Assembly (NCBI GenBank): GCA_965223325.1
Contig: CBDCWI010000001.1
Span: 992,001-1,056,000 of the forward strand
Direction of reading: 5' to 3'
Origin: Candidatus Multivoradales bacterium
Lineage (GTDB): Bacteria > Acidobacteriota > Thermoanaerobaculia > Multivoradales > Multivoraceae
DNA: 64,000 nucleotides
Positions 26,554 through 36,664 of this stretch are shown piece by piece. How positions within the stretch are numbered: the first letter of the stretch is position 1; each line of letters opens with the position of its first letter. Below the pieces are notes generated by a model. It did no database searches and was not told the DNA's origin. It worked only from the letters and a program-made list of their open reading frames with translations. The translations under genes were made by a program, and so were the position numbers.

Positions 26554-28002
26554 CTACTGGGCACGGCGCACTGGAGCAACGCCAGTCCACCGTTCGGTGG
26601 TGCCGGTTTCAAAGCCGTCCGAGAAAAGGCTTTCGATCTCGTAGATCCGGTAGAGCTGGCCGTAGATCTCCTCGTCTCCTGGATAAGGATCGCCCGACCA
26701 GACGGTCAGCATCGTGCCGTCCGAGGCCAGCGCAGCACTGATGCTTTCCGCTCGACTCTCGTCGTCGAAGGGCACGCCAATGGCGCTCAGTAGAACCGGT
26801 GACTCGAGCGTCGGCTCGCCGTTCGTGTCGATCAGCTGAACGAAGATCTCGCGGTCGTCATCCTGTCCGGGCAACTCGAAGCGGGCGTCGAAGGCGATCG
26901 GGAAGATGCCATCGGCCGCCGACGCAAACGAGAAGTTCCTCGCACCATGGTCGACGGCAAACTGAGGCCCCAGTTCCGACACCACCTGCCAGGTCCCCAC
27001 CGGGCCCGAGAAGGGGTCGAAAAGCCGAACGGCGACCTGCGGCGCGGCGTTGTACCAGCCAACCAGGAACTGCCCGGTCGAACGATCGTAGGCCATCTGC
27101 GCCAGGTGGCAGTCGACCGGAACCTCGGTACAGTCGTGCACTGTGTGGGAGGGTCCCTCAGGGGTACCGAGCCCATTCACCCGCTGGACTTCGATCGTTT
27201 CTTCCAGAAGGTTGGTGGCGACGTACAGCATCTGGAACTCCTCGAGGCGCGAATCCCACGCCAGGTCGAGGCCGGAGACTTCGCGGGTTTGATCGCCAAG
27301 CCCACCGACCGCTGTCATCCGCCTGTCCTCACCGATCGTGAGGCCCGTCGCCGACAGCACCCGGCGACCGAAGACCTCGAACTCTTCCCGCGCCTGGCCC
27401 TCCTCATTGTCATCGGCCCTATAGATGATCAGAAACTCGCCCCGTTTCGGGTTGAACGCAATCCGCGCGTTGTTGGCACGGTAATCCGAGTTGAACGGCC
27501 CGCCCGCCAGACTGACCTGAGCGGTCGAGCCCCGTGGCGTACAGTCGGCATCGACACCGCGGTAGAAGATTTCGACGCCATCGAAGCCGTTGGGATGCAC
27601 CGCCTGGAAGGCCACGCCCATCCGCTCGAGGAGCGGGTCGAAAGCAGTCACCACGCCATTGATGCCGACAAAGCCCTGTGTCAAGTGCTGCGGATCGTCG
27701 ATCAGCTCCCCGGTGTAGCCATCAACGGCCTGGCACCACAGCTGCGGCGGCCCACCGTCGTCGATATCGCTGAAGAAGACCACCAGATAGCGGTGGCTCT
27801 CCGGCACGTAGACGATCTTCGGGATCGTCGAGAAGGTCGCCGGGTCTCCGGGAGTTGAAGTCGGGTTGCTGATCTGAAAGTCGTCGAAGCCGAAAGGCTG
27901 CGCCTCCAGCCTTACGACCAGCAACATCGTCGACATCATGAAAACAAGCAAAACCGTGGCGAGCTGCGGAGGGAGAAAAGACTGCTGCGACCCGTTCGAC
28001 AT
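26554..28002 (-). CDS. Secreted beta-rich repeat (propeller-like) hypothetical protein with C-terminal LFSDGFETG..W motif
   Basis: Signal peptide; recurring P.IA(Y/F)N....(Y/F)LV(V/I) / EI(F/Y)GQ-type segments; GGAG RBS. Confidence 0.7.
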   Translation of the reverse strand: MSNGSQQSFLPPQLATVLLVFMMSTMLLVVRLEAQPFGFDDFQISNPTSTPGDPATFSTIPKIVYVPESHRYLVVFFSDIDDGGPPQLWCQAVDGYTGELIDDPQHLTQGFVGINGVVTAFDPLLERMGVAFQAVHPNGFDGVEIFYRGVDADCTPRGSTAQVSLAGGPFNSDYRANNARIAFNPKRGEFLIIYRADDNEEGQAREEFEVFGRRVLSATGLTIGEDRRMTAVGGLGDQTREVSGLDLAWDSRLEEFQMLYVATNLLEETIEVQRVNGLGTPEGPSHTVHDCTEVPVDCHLAQMAYDRSTGQFLVGWYNAAPQVAVRLFDPFSGPVGTWQVVSELGPQFAVDHGARNFSFASAADGIFPIAFDARFELPGQDDDREIFVQLIDTNGEPTLESPVLLSAIGVPFDDESRAESISAALASDGTMLTVWSGDPYPGDEEIYGQLYRIYEIESLFSDGFETGTTERWTGVAPVRRAQ

Positions 28003-28298
28003 TCTGGGACTCCTTGGGGGTTCTTTCAGGGCTGCGGGGCGCCATCGCCCTCACTTCCTCCCACGCAAAACGCACCCGATCGCCGCCAGACAGCAGCCAG
28101 CCTCAGGGTCCAGAAAGCCTTCACCGGCCTGGCGACTTCGTGGCACGCTTCGACTTCGGACGGTAGGCCCGGCGAGCGCGTGGCATTCCCGCGCGCCCAG
28201 ATAGCAGCCGGCCCGGCGGGAGCGGTACTCTCCAGGCACCGAACCGATCATCGACCCCAACTCCGAACCGCTAACCGACAGACGAGGACGATTCCGAC

Positions 28299-29528
28299 AT
28301 GACGCAAGAAGCCTGGATCATCGACGCAGTGAGAACTCCGCGCGGCATCGGCAAACAGGGCAAGGGGGCACTCGCCCACCTCCACCCTCAACGCCTCGCC
28401 GCCACCGTGCTCGAGGCGGTCGAGAAACGCAACGATCTCAACACCGAAGAGGTCGACGACGTCATCTGGGGCTGCTCTTCGCAGAGCGGCAAGCAGGCCG
28501 CCTGTATCGGTCGCATGGCGGCTCTCGACGCCGGCTGGAGCACCAAAGCCGGCGGCGTCACCCTCGACCGCTTCTGCGGTTCAGGCATCACGTCGGTGAA
28601 CATGGCCGCCGCCTCGATCATGTGCGGCATGGAGGACTGCGTGGTCTCGGGGGGCGTCGAGATGATGTCGTATACCGCCACCCTCGGCGGCGGCCTGATG
28701 GACCGCGGCAACCTGCACCTTCGCGACCTGCACCCGCAGTGGCACCAGGGAATCTGTGCCGACGTGATCGCAACCCTCGAGGGCATCACGCAAGAAGACG
28801 TCAATCGGGTCGGCTACGTCAGTCAGCAGCGGGCGAAAGAGGCCATCGCGGACGGGCGGTTCGAGAACAGCCTGGCGCCGGTCTACAACGACGACGGAAC
28901 CCTGGCGCTCGATCACGACGAGTACCCTCGCCCGGACACCACCATGCAGGGTCTGGCCGGCCTCAACCCGGCATTCGAGAAGTTCATGGGCGCGCAGTTC
29001 GACGACACCGGTGAGACCTTCGACCAACTCGTCCGCCGCACCTACCCCGACATCAAGATCAACCACGTCCACCACGCCGGCAACTCTTCGGGCGTCGTCG
29101 ACGGGGCGGCGTGCCTTCTCCTGGCCTCGCCCGGGTACGCAAAGGCCCAGGGGTGGAAGCCGCGGGCGCGAGTCAAGGCGATGGCCAACCTGGCGGGAAG
29201 CCCGACCTTGATGCTCAACGAACCCGTCCCGGCTGCCAAGAAGGTCCTCGAGAAGGCCGGTATGAAGCTCGACGACATCGACCTGATCGAGATCAACGAG
29301 GCCTTCGCGGTCGTCGCCTTCAAGTTCATGCGCGACCTCGATGCCGACCCCGAGAAGTGCAATGTGAATGGCGGCTCGATTGCCCTCGGCCACCCCATTG
29401 CCGCGACCGGCTCGGTGCTCATCGGGACGCTCCTCGACGAGCTCGAGCGTCGCGACCTCGCAACGGGGCTGGTTACGATGTGTGCCGGCGGTGGCATGGC
29501 GCCAGCGATCATTATCGAGCGCGTCTAG
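28299..29528 (+). CDS. Thiolase (acetyl-CoA C-acetyl/acyltransferase)
   Basis: DRFCGSG catalytic Cys, INEAF, NGGSIALGHP, TMCAGGG. Confidence 0.95.
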   Translation: MTQEAWIIDAVRTPRGIGKQGKGALAHLHPQRLAATVLEAVEKRNDLNTEEVDDVIWGCSSQSGKQAACIGRMAALDAGWSTKAGGVTLDRFCGSGITSVNMAAASIMCGMEDCVVSGGVEMMSYTATLGGGLMDRGNLHLRDLHPQWHQGICADVIATLEGITQEDVNRVGYVSQQRAKEAIADGRFENSLAPVYNDDGTLALDHDEYPRPDTTMQGLAGLNPAFEKFMGAQFDDTGETFDQLVRRTYPDIKINHVHHAGNSSGVVDGAACLLLASPGYAKAQGWKPRARVKAMANLAGSPTLMLNEPVPAAKKVLEKAGMKLDDIDLIEINEAFAVVAFKFMRDLDADPEKCNVNGGSIALGHPIAATGSVLIGTLLDELERRDLATGLVTMCAGGGMAPAIIIERV

Positions 29529-29549
29529 CGTTCCTGGCACGAGAAGATC

Positions 29550-29876
29550 ATGACGCCAACGCCAGATTCACCTCCCGATCGCCTCGCGATCAACCCGAGG
29601 AGCAAGTTCTTCGACCAGAAGGCGCTCGAGCGTGGGATTGGCATTCGCTTCAAGGGTCGAGAGCGCTTCGACGTCGAGGAGTACTGCCTGTCGGGCGGTT
29701 GGATTCGGGTGCAGGCAGGCAAGGCGCGCGACCGGCATGGCAATCCACTGACGGTGAAACTCACGGGACCGGTTGAGGCCTGGTTCCAGGACGCGGAACC
29801 CGAGGGCATCTCCTCGGAAGAGGGGGCCTCGAGCGGCAGCCCTTCAGAGGTCGATGTCTCAAAGAGCGATGCCTAG
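29550..29876 (+). CDS. DUF3297-like small protein
   Basis: PPDRLAINPRS...GIGIRFKG.ER..VEEYC.S.GWIRV...KLTGPVEAW pattern recalled for this family. Confidence 0.75.
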   Translation: MTPTPDSPPDRLAINPRSKFFDQKALERGIGIRFKGRERFDVEEYCLSGGWIRVQAGKARDRHGNPLTVKLTGPVEAWFQDAEPEGISSEEGASSGSPSEVDVSKSDA

Positions 29877-30900
29877 CGGAGGCGCCGACAGGCAACCGCA
29901 GGAGGGCGAGGAAGCCAGATCGAGCTTCGGCTGGGTCTTCTTCACCGGCCTTTGCATGGGGGCCGCCGACGTCGTGCCTGGAGTCTCCGGCGGCACGATG
30001 GCGTTCATCATGGGCATCTACGAGCGACTCATTGAGGCGATCAAGAGTGTCGACCTGGAGCTCGCGCGCCTCGCGGCACGCTTCGAATGGAAGAAAGCCA
30101 TCGCACATGTCGACGGCTACTTCCTGGCAGCGCTCGCCACTGGCATCCTGGCGGCGGTGCTGGTGCTCTCGGGTCGGGTGGAGTGGGCACTCGAACACCA
30201 GCGAACTCTCCTCTTCGCCTTCTTCTTTGGCCTGGTATGCGCGTCGGTTGTTTCGCTGGCAGCCAAGATCCCCTGGACAGGACCAGCTCTTGCGTGGTTT
30301 CTTCTGGGCGCCGTTCTGGCCTGGGTGGTGGTGGGTCTCTTGGTACGACCGACTCCGGCGACACCCTGGATGGCCTTCGTCGCCGGTGCGATTGGCGTCA
30401 CGGCAATGATCCTGCCTGGGATCTCCGGCTCGTTTATCCTCCTCATCCTCGGTCAGTACGCACCGGTCATCGCGGCGATCAACGACCTCAAAGCCGCCGA
30501 CCTCAACGCCCTTCGAACCCTCGTGCCACTCGGGCTCGGCATGGTGGTTGGTCTGATGCTCTTCAGCCGAGCGCTGAGCTGGCTCCTCGAGCGCTACTAC
30601 CAGGCCACCGTGGCTCTGATGACCGGCTTTATCGCCGGTTCGTTGCGCAAGATCTGGCCCTTTAAGGGCGACGTGCTACAGACCATCCAGAAAAGAGACG
30701 AGCTGGTCGAGGTTCACGCCAACGCCTTACCCGAGTTGAGTTCTCCCGAGTTTCTGATGGCGCTGGGGCTGGCGCTTCTCGGTTTCGTTTTCATTACCGC
30801 TGTCGATCACATGCACGCGCGCAACAACCCGATCGCGTTGGCGCTCCTCGCTTTCGCCGGCCGCGATCGTGCAGCGGGTCGACGAAGCGATCGAGCGTAG
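29869..30900 (+). CDS. DUF368 membrane protein (undecaprenyl-phosphate translocase/PopT family)
   Basis: GLCMGAADVVPGVSGGTMA and AMILPGISGS duplicated motifs; ATG 29869 overlaps the upstream gene. Confidence 0.9.
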   Translation: MPSGGADRQPQEGEEARSSFGWVFFTGLCMGAADVVPGVSGGTMAFIMGIYERLIEAIKSVDLELARLAARFEWKKAIAHVDGYFLAALATGILAAVLVLSGRVEWALEHQRTLLFAFFFGLVCASVVSLAAKIPWTGPALAWFLLGAVLAWVVVGLLVRPTPATPWMAFVAGAIGVTAMILPGISGSFILLILGQYAPVIAAINDLKAADLNALRTLVPLGLGMVVGLMLFSRALSWLLERYYQATVALMTGFIAGSLRKIWPFKGDVLQTIQKRDELVEVHANALPELSSPEFLMALGLALLGFVFITAVDHMHARNNPIALALLAFAGRDRAAGRRSDRA

Positions 30901-30933
30901 GCCACTCTCGACGACGATTGCCGCCGACGCACC

Positions 30934-33474
30934 CTAGAAGGTCTTGCGGTACCCCACACTGACAGAAGTGGTGTTGAGGTCGTCGCGCTCGAGATCGGTT
31001 TCGAGAAGTGCGAACCACGAATGACCTCGCGGTAGCGTGAGATTCAGGCCCGCGCCAACGTTGAGATAGTCGCGATCGGGATTCTCGGTGAGGATTACAA
31101 ACTGCTGGTTCGTTGCGTCGAGCGCCAGACGGCCTGCGACGCTGCGCGCGTCGTTTTTAAACTCATGCAGCCAGGTCAGACGCACGAGCGGTTGGAGAAC
31201 ACCCCAGCGACGAGAGAGCGACCACACCATGTCGGCGCCGACCTCGGTGACCAGCGACGTCGCCGATTGACCGTCGAGTGACACGGCAAAGGAGCCGCCG
31301 GTTTCGACGATTGGATCGACATCGACGTCGGTGTAGTTGACGCGCGCGATCGCACCGAAAAGCCCGCTCTGGCCCATGCGGAAGTCTCGGCCGAAGCCGA
31401 GATGAAGAGCGAGAGCATCGGTCGTCGTTTCGCTCGCCGTTGCAACCGTTCCGAGCCCTGCTGGCTTTCGGATGCGCCGCTCGAGGTCGAAGTCGACCTG
31501 GGCTGTCGTTGCCATGAGGTCAACGTGGAAGGCGTTCACCTGCCAGGCCGAAAACAGCGTCAGACTGTAGCCACTCGAATCGGCCTTGCCGCCGTCGTCG
31601 GCGAGGTCAGTATCGCCCGCTGTGTAACCGACGGCAGCACCGATCCATGTGGTATCGCCGATGCGCCAGTCGAGCCCGGTGGTGATGCCCTGGGTCTCGA
31701 AGTCGTAGGCGTCTTCTCTTGCCGTCGCTTCGCGATCTCCGAACGCGACGCGGCCGTTGAGGAACCAACCCACCCGGCCAGGGCCTTCGCCGAGCTCGAG
31801 GGTCGTCTCAGAATCGGCGCTGGCCGCACCTCCGCGGAGACCTCGGAGCTCACGCTCGACGAGGCTGTTGAGTCGTTCGCGGGTGATCGGGGCGGCGCCA
31901 CTCGCTCTCTGGGCAGCAAGTGCGGCAAGGGGAATCGCCTGCTCCCGAAGGCGCACGTCCAGGTCCGCGATCGAGGCATCGTCGCCGGACGTTCGAGAGC
32001 GCAACGCCGCCAGGCGAGACGACACGTTCTCGGTCTGGGCACGCAAGCCACCGAGACCCAGCCGGACCGGCACTGCGACCGACTCGGGAGTCGCCGCCGC
32101 AATGAGCGAGCGCTGATCTTCCGGCGAGAGGCCGAAAAGCTGCTCGCAACCCTCGGCCAAGGCACCTTCGGCCGATACACAGGCCTTGTCGAGCGCATCG
32201 GCGAACGAAGCTTCGTTGGGGGAGGTCGCGGCATCGAACAGTGCTGCGCTGGCTCCTTCGACCCGGATGGTGAAGGTAATGACCTGGCCAGTCGCTAGGA
32301 CGGTCAGGGTCACGGTGTAGTCGCCGGGGACCGGGCCCAGCAACACCGTCTGACTTACGTGGCCACTGGCGTCGCTGGTCGTGCGAGCACCGTTCTCGAG
32401 GTTCGCACCCGGCGCGTCCCACAGCACAGCACTGTTTGGAATCGGTTCGCCGAAGGCGTTGACCAGATCCGCTTCGAGAACGACCGTGCCGTTCGCCCTG
32501 GCCGTTGGGATCTGGACGGTCGTGTCGGGGGCCGGTGGTCCAGGGCCGCGGCTGGGGGTGTTTCCGCCGCCAGCGCTTCCGCCGTCATCGCCACCGTCGT
32601 CACCGTCGCCACCGTCATCGCCGTCACCGTCATCGCCGTCATCTCCACCGTCGCCGTCATCGCCGCCGTCATCGCCGCCGTCGTCACCGTCATCGCCGCC
32701 GCCGTCACCGCCGTCACCGCCGTCATCGCCGCCGTCACCCCCACCGGCATCGCCACCGTCATCGCCGTCATCTCCACCGTCGCCGTCATCGCCGCCGTCA
32801 CCACCGCCGTCACCGCCGTCATCGCCGCCGTCGTCACCGTCATCGCCGCCGCCGTCACCATCATCGCCGCCGCCGTCACCATCATCGCCGCCGCCGTCAC
32901 CGCCATCGCCACCATCATCGCCGCCGTCACCCCCACCGTCGTCACCGCCGTCGCTACCGTCATCGCCGTCATCACCACCGTCGCCGGCATCGCCGCCGCC
33001 GTCACCGCCGTCGCCACCGTCATCGCCGCTGTCACCCCCACCGTCGTCACCGCCGCCGCTACCGTCATCGCCGTCATCACCACCGTCGCCGGCATCGCCG
33101 CCGCCGTCACCGCCGTCGCCACCGTCATCGCCGCTGTCACCCCCACCGTCGTCACCGCCGCCGCTACCGTCATCGCCGTCATCACCACCGTCGCCGGCAT
33201 CGCCGCCGTCGTCACTGTCATCGCCGCCGTCGCTCGCTCCACGCGCAACGATTCCGAGCACGGGCCCTTCTTCTCCTCTCAGCCCGCCTGTCGTGATCTC
33301 AAAAGCGGAAGTAGCGGAACCCTCCTCTGCCGCGCCGAGGGCCGCAGCACTCACTGCGGTGAACAGCACCACGAGGGCCCAAGACAGAAGAGAGCGAACC
33401 AATCTGTCGTGTGCCGAAGCTCGATTCGCGGCGAGGGCAGAGTCGGGACGGCATAGCGACGTGGCATTGGGCAT
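30934..33474 (-). CDS. Autotransporter: signal peptide, Gly/Asp low-complexity tract, Big-1-like Ig domain, C-terminal beta-barrel
   Basis: Alternating beta-strand barrel (GITTGLDWR, WLHEF) ending VSVGYRKTF; Ig-like TTSDASGHVSQTVLLG; exact start uncertain. Confidence 0.8.
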   Translation of the reverse strand: MPNATSLCRPDSALAANRASAHDRLVRSLLSWALVVLFTAVSAAALGAAEEGSATSAFEITTGGLRGEEGPVLGIVARGASDGGDDSDDGGDAGDGGDDGDDGSGGGDDGGGDSGDDGGDGGDGGGDAGDGGDDGDDGSGGGDDGGGDSGDDGGDGGDGGGDAGDGGDDGDDGSDGGDDGGGDGGDDGGDGGDGGGDDGDGGGDDGDGGGDDGDDGGDDGGDGGGDGGDDGDGGDDGDDGGDAGGGDGGDDGGDGGDGGGDDGDDGGDDGGDDGDGGDDGDDGDGDDGGDGDDGGDDGGSAGGGNTPSRGPGPPAPDTTVQIPTARANGTVVLEADLVNAFGEPIPNSAVLWDAPGANLENGARTTSDASGHVSQTVLLGPVPGDYTVTLTVLATGQVITFTIRVEGASAALFDAATSPNEASFADALDKACVSAEGALAEGCEQLFGLSPEDQRSLIAAATPESVAVPVRLGLGGLRAQTENVSSRLAALRSRTSGDDASIADLDVRLREQAIPLAALAAQRASGAAPITRERLNSLVERELRGLRGGAASADSETTLELGEGPGRVGWFLNGRVAFGDREATAREDAYDFETQGITTGLDWRIGDTTWIGAAVGYTAGDTDLADDGGKADSSGYSLTLFSAWQVNAFHVDLMATTAQVDFDLERRIRKPAGLGTVATASETTTDALALHLGFGRDFRMGQSGLFGAIARVNYTDVDVDPIVETGGSFAVSLDGQSATSLVTEVGADMVWSLSRRWGVLQPLVRLTWLHEFKNDARSVAGRLALDATNQQFVILTENPDRDYLNVGAGLNLTLPRGHSWFALLETDLERDDLNTTSVSVGYRKTF
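32578..33232 (-). repeat. Coding low-complexity Gly/Asp tandem repeat containing three 105-bp (35-aa) units
   Basis: Anchor TCGCCGGCAT recurs at 32981, 33086, 33191; about 220 codons almost entirely Gly and Asp. Confidence 0.9.
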
Positions 33475-33684
33475 GAGCGAGCTCCAGAAGAGGTCGATGG
33501 GAGAATTCGGAGGGCGCCAAAGACGCCGTCAGAAAGAGGAAGAACGGAAAGTCTTCCATAGCAATGAGCACATTCCCTTCCGATCCGGAAGGAAGCGCCA
33601 CTTTGCTCTACCCAGGTACCAGCTATCCCACGAAAGCCAGTTTCAAAACCGCCAAAAACGCACCCGGGTCCCCTACTGCTTCCT

Positions 33685-34740
33685 CTACGGCTTCGCGAAG
33701 CGCGACGAAGACATAACCGAGTCGGGCTCGGTAGCCAGGAAGCCGAGGATGTTTCCGTCTGGGTCGCGCCCGAAGAGAATCGTTCCACCGTCCATCGGCT
33801 CGGGCCCCGTCTCGACCGTGCCACCTGCCTCGACCAACAGTTTCTTGGCCGCGTCGAGATTCCAGGTATCGAAGACGATCATGTTGTAGCCGGGTGCATC
33901 GACCGGTCGTGGCGCGGCAGGTTCGGGTGGGTGGCTCAGGTACTCGACGATCTCGAGCTCGAGATTCCGCACCGAGAACCAGGCCATGAGCAGGCGCGTT
34001 CCTGGAAGGCCAGAGACCTGGTCGAACGGTTCACCCGCGAGGCCATTCTCACCACCGGCACGACGCGGTGACGGCGTCTCGAGAAGCTTGGAGTAGAACG
34101 CAACGGCGCGATCGATGTCAGGACTGGCGAGTGAGACGTGACGAATGCGGTAGAAACCCTCGCGCGCCGTCTCGGCAGCCGCTACATCGATGTGTTCGAC
34201 CTCGAACATGATCCCATCGGGATCGTGCGCGTACGCATAGACGACCGGATTGCGCGGGCTCAAGACCACCAGTTCGGGGTTACCTCGGGTCTTCGCGCCC
34301 GCGGCGATGAACTTCTGGTAGGTCTCGAGCTTTCCGTCGGACTGGTAGCAGACATGCGCGACTCCTGGCCCGTTGACCGGAACCGGGCCTGGAACGCTGC
34401 TCTCCGATACGTCGTCAAACTTCATCAACCGCGTCTGAGCGTTGGTGCTGGCAAGCAGGACGGACTCCACGGCGACACCTTCGCGACCCGCCAGAACGTC
34501 CAACGCTGCGCTTTTCTCGAGTCGGTCCCGGGCAACCTCTTCGAGCCTCGCCGCCTCACCGTAGAATGCGGCCGACTGGTCGACGTCGCTCACTGCAAGG
34601 CCAACGTAGCTGACGCCTCGAATGACTTTTGCATCCATGGGCTTTGCCTCCTGGGCGACGACCGAACTGACCGACGCCACAATGGCCGACAACACACAAA
34701 GGATGGCAGCCAACAGCAGAACGAGCCGTCTTGCGTCCAT
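33685..34740 (-). CDS. Secreted two-domain VOC/glyoxalase family protein
   Basis: Signal peptide from ATG 34740 (GGAG RBS); VGLAVSDVDQSAAFY, DPDGIMFE, HVSLASPDIDRAVAFY, RDPDGNI. Confidence 0.8.
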   Translation of the reverse strand: MDARRLVLLLAAILCVLSAIVASVSSVVAQEAKPMDAKVIRGVSYVGLAVSDVDQSAAFYGEAARLEEVARDRLEKSAALDVLAGREGVAVESVLLASTNAQTRLMKFDDVSESSVPGPVPVNGPGVAHVCYQSDGKLETYQKFIAAGAKTRGNPELVVLSPRNPVVYAYAHDPDGIMFEVEHIDVAAAETAREGFYRIRHVSLASPDIDRAVAFYSKLLETPSPRRAGGENGLAGEPFDQVSGLPGTRLLMAWFSVRNLELEIVEYLSHPPEPAAPRPVDAPGYNMIVFDTWNLDAAKKLLVEAGGTVETGPEPMDGGTILFGRDPDGNILGFLATEPDSVMSSSRFAKP

Positions 34741-34810
34741 GAAATTCTCCCGGGGAGGTGTACGGCGGAGGGTAGCAGAGCAAGGGCCGCCGCACCGGTA
34801 CAGTGCCGGC

Positions 34811-36664
34811 ATGCAACGCAACCTCGCCGCCATCGCCCTCGCCCTCACGATCGCCCTGCCCGTTGCTGACGACAGTCGGCTCGGCGCGCAGGAAACTCCT
34901 TCGCTCACCGGCGAGGCACTGTTTACGAAACACTGCGGAGACTGCCATGAGCCCTCGATTGGCGGAGCACCGACCATCGAGTCAATGAAGGCGATGTCCG
35001 CCGAGCGGCTGCTCGCATCACTGCGCTCGGGCGTAATGCAAGAGCAGGCTGCAGAGCTCAGTGACGAAGAGATGCGGGCCGTGGTCGGCTTCCTGGCGGT
35101 CGACCGGCGGGCCGGCCGGGTGAGCGTCGATCGCAACAAGTGGTCGTGCGAAGGCGTTTGGCCTTCGCGCGGTGCTTCGTACTGGGTACGCTGGGGCCGA
35201 GATGCGAAGAACAGCCGCTTCACGCCCGCCGACGCGCATCGCTTCGACCGTTCCAACGTTGCCGGCCTGCGCCTCGCGTGGGCGTTCGGGTTTCCCGACG
35301 CTGTAAGGGCCCGATCCCAGCCCGTCATTACCGAGAACATGATCTACCTCGGCAGCCAGGAAGGGACGGTGTTCGCGCTCGATCGCGAACGCGGCTGTGT
35401 GTGGTGGACCTTCAGCACCAAGGCCGAGGTGCGTAGCTCTCTGACTCTGGCAACCGACGCCAGCGGAGGCACCGCAACGCTCTACTTCGGTGACTTCGAA
35501 GGCAACGTCTACGCTCTTGACGCCGACAGCGGGAAACCGCGATGGCAGAGGAGCGTCGCCGACCACCGGGATGCAACGATCACCGGCTCGATCGCCCATC
35601 ACGACGGGATGCTCTTCGTTCCCATGTCCTCCACCGAGATCATCAGCGCCTACTACAAGGAGTACGAGTGCTGCACCTTCCGCGGCGGCGTGCTCGCCCT
35701 GCGCGCCGAGGACGGCGAAGCGCTGTGGCGGATGTACACCACTCGCGAAGCCACCAAACAGAAGCGCAACTCCCATGGCGTGCAACTCTGGGGGCCGTCT
35801 GGTGCACCCGTCTGGTCGGCACCGACGGTCGACTCGAAACGCGGCCTGCTCTACGTTGGAACCGGCGAGAACTACAGCACCCCCGCCAACGACAAGAGCG
35901 ATGCCATCATCGCGCTCCATCTTGCGACCGGCAAGATCGAATGGGTGCAGCAGACCATCGCCGGCGACGCCTGGAACGGTGCCTGCGTCGGACCGAAGAT
36001 CAACTGCCCCGAAGAAGACGGGCCAGACTTCGACTTCGGTGCTCCCCCGATTCTCGCCACCGTCGACAGCCGGGACTACGTGCTCGCCGGCCAGAAGTCG
36101 GGAATGATCTTCGCGATGGACCCAGACGACGGTGGCAAGATCCTCTGGCAACGCCGCCTCGGTATGGGCGGCTTCAACGGCGGCGTGCACTGGGGCATGT
36201 CGGTTTCGGGCAGAACGTTGATCGTGCCGATCACCGACACGCCCGGCAGTCGCTTTGCCACCGGCGACCCACGGCCGGGATTGCACGCGCTCGACGTTGC
36301 CACCGGCGAAGAGAAATGGAGCACGCTCCATCCCGCGACCTGCACTGGCAAACGGAGTTGCTACTTCGAGGGCCTCTCGGCAGCCGTCACCACAACCGAC
36401 GAGCTGGCCTTCGCGGCGAGCCTCAACGGCGTACTCAGCGCGTACAACATAGAGACCGGCGAGCGCATCTGGTCCTTCGAAACCCGCCGCGAGTTCGAAA
36501 CCACCAACGCTGTCGAAGCAGCGGGCGGCAGCATCGACTCAGCCGGCGCAGTGATCGCAGGCGATGACCTCTACATCAACTCTGGTTACGACAAATGGGG
36601 CCAGTTCGCGGGCAACGTCTTCCTCGCCTTCGAGCTCGCCGCCGAAGCAAATGTTGGTGGTTAA
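34811..36664 (+). CDS. PQQ-dependent quinohaemoprotein dehydrogenase, polyvinyl-alcohol-dehydrogenase-like
   Basis: Signal peptide, N-terminal haem c motif CGDCH, PQQ propeller repeats, CCTFRG, GPDFDFG, GGVHWG. Confidence 0.85.
   Translation: MQRNLAAIALALTIALPVADDSRLGAQETPSLTGEALFTKHCGDCHEPSIGGAPTIESMKAMSAERLLASLRSGVMQEQAAELSDEEMRAVVGFLAVDRRAGRVSVDRNKWSCEGVWPSRGASYWVRWGRDAKNSRFTPADAHRFDRSNVAGLRLAWAFGFPDAVRARSQPVITENMIYLGSQEGTVFALDRERGCVWWTFSTKAEVRSSLTLATDASGGTATLYFGDFEGNVYALDADSGKPRWQRSVADHRDATITGSIAHHDGMLFVPMSSTEIISAYYKEYECCTFRGGVLALRAEDGEALWRMYTTREATKQKRNSHGVQLWGPSGAPVWSAPTVDSKRGLLYVGTGENYSTPANDKSDAIIALHLATGKIEWVQQTIAGDAWNGACVGPKINCPEEDGPDFDFGAPPILATVDSRDYVLAGQKSGMIFAMDPDDGGKILWQRRLGMGGFNGGVHWGMSVSGRTLIVPITDTPGSRFATGDPRPGLHALDVATGEEKWSTLHPATCTGKRSCYFEGLSAAVTTTDELAFAASLNGVLSAYNIETGERIWSFETRREFETTNAVEAAGGSIDSAGAVIAGDDLYINSGYDKWGQFAGNVFLAFELAAEANVGG

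Noticed and set aside
32355-33889. Long Pro/Ser-, His/Arg- and Val/Thr/Ala-rich ORFs in other frames
   Set aside because: Shadow frames of the stop-free Gly/Asp repeat; only the minus-strand frame joins a signal peptide to a beta-barrel.
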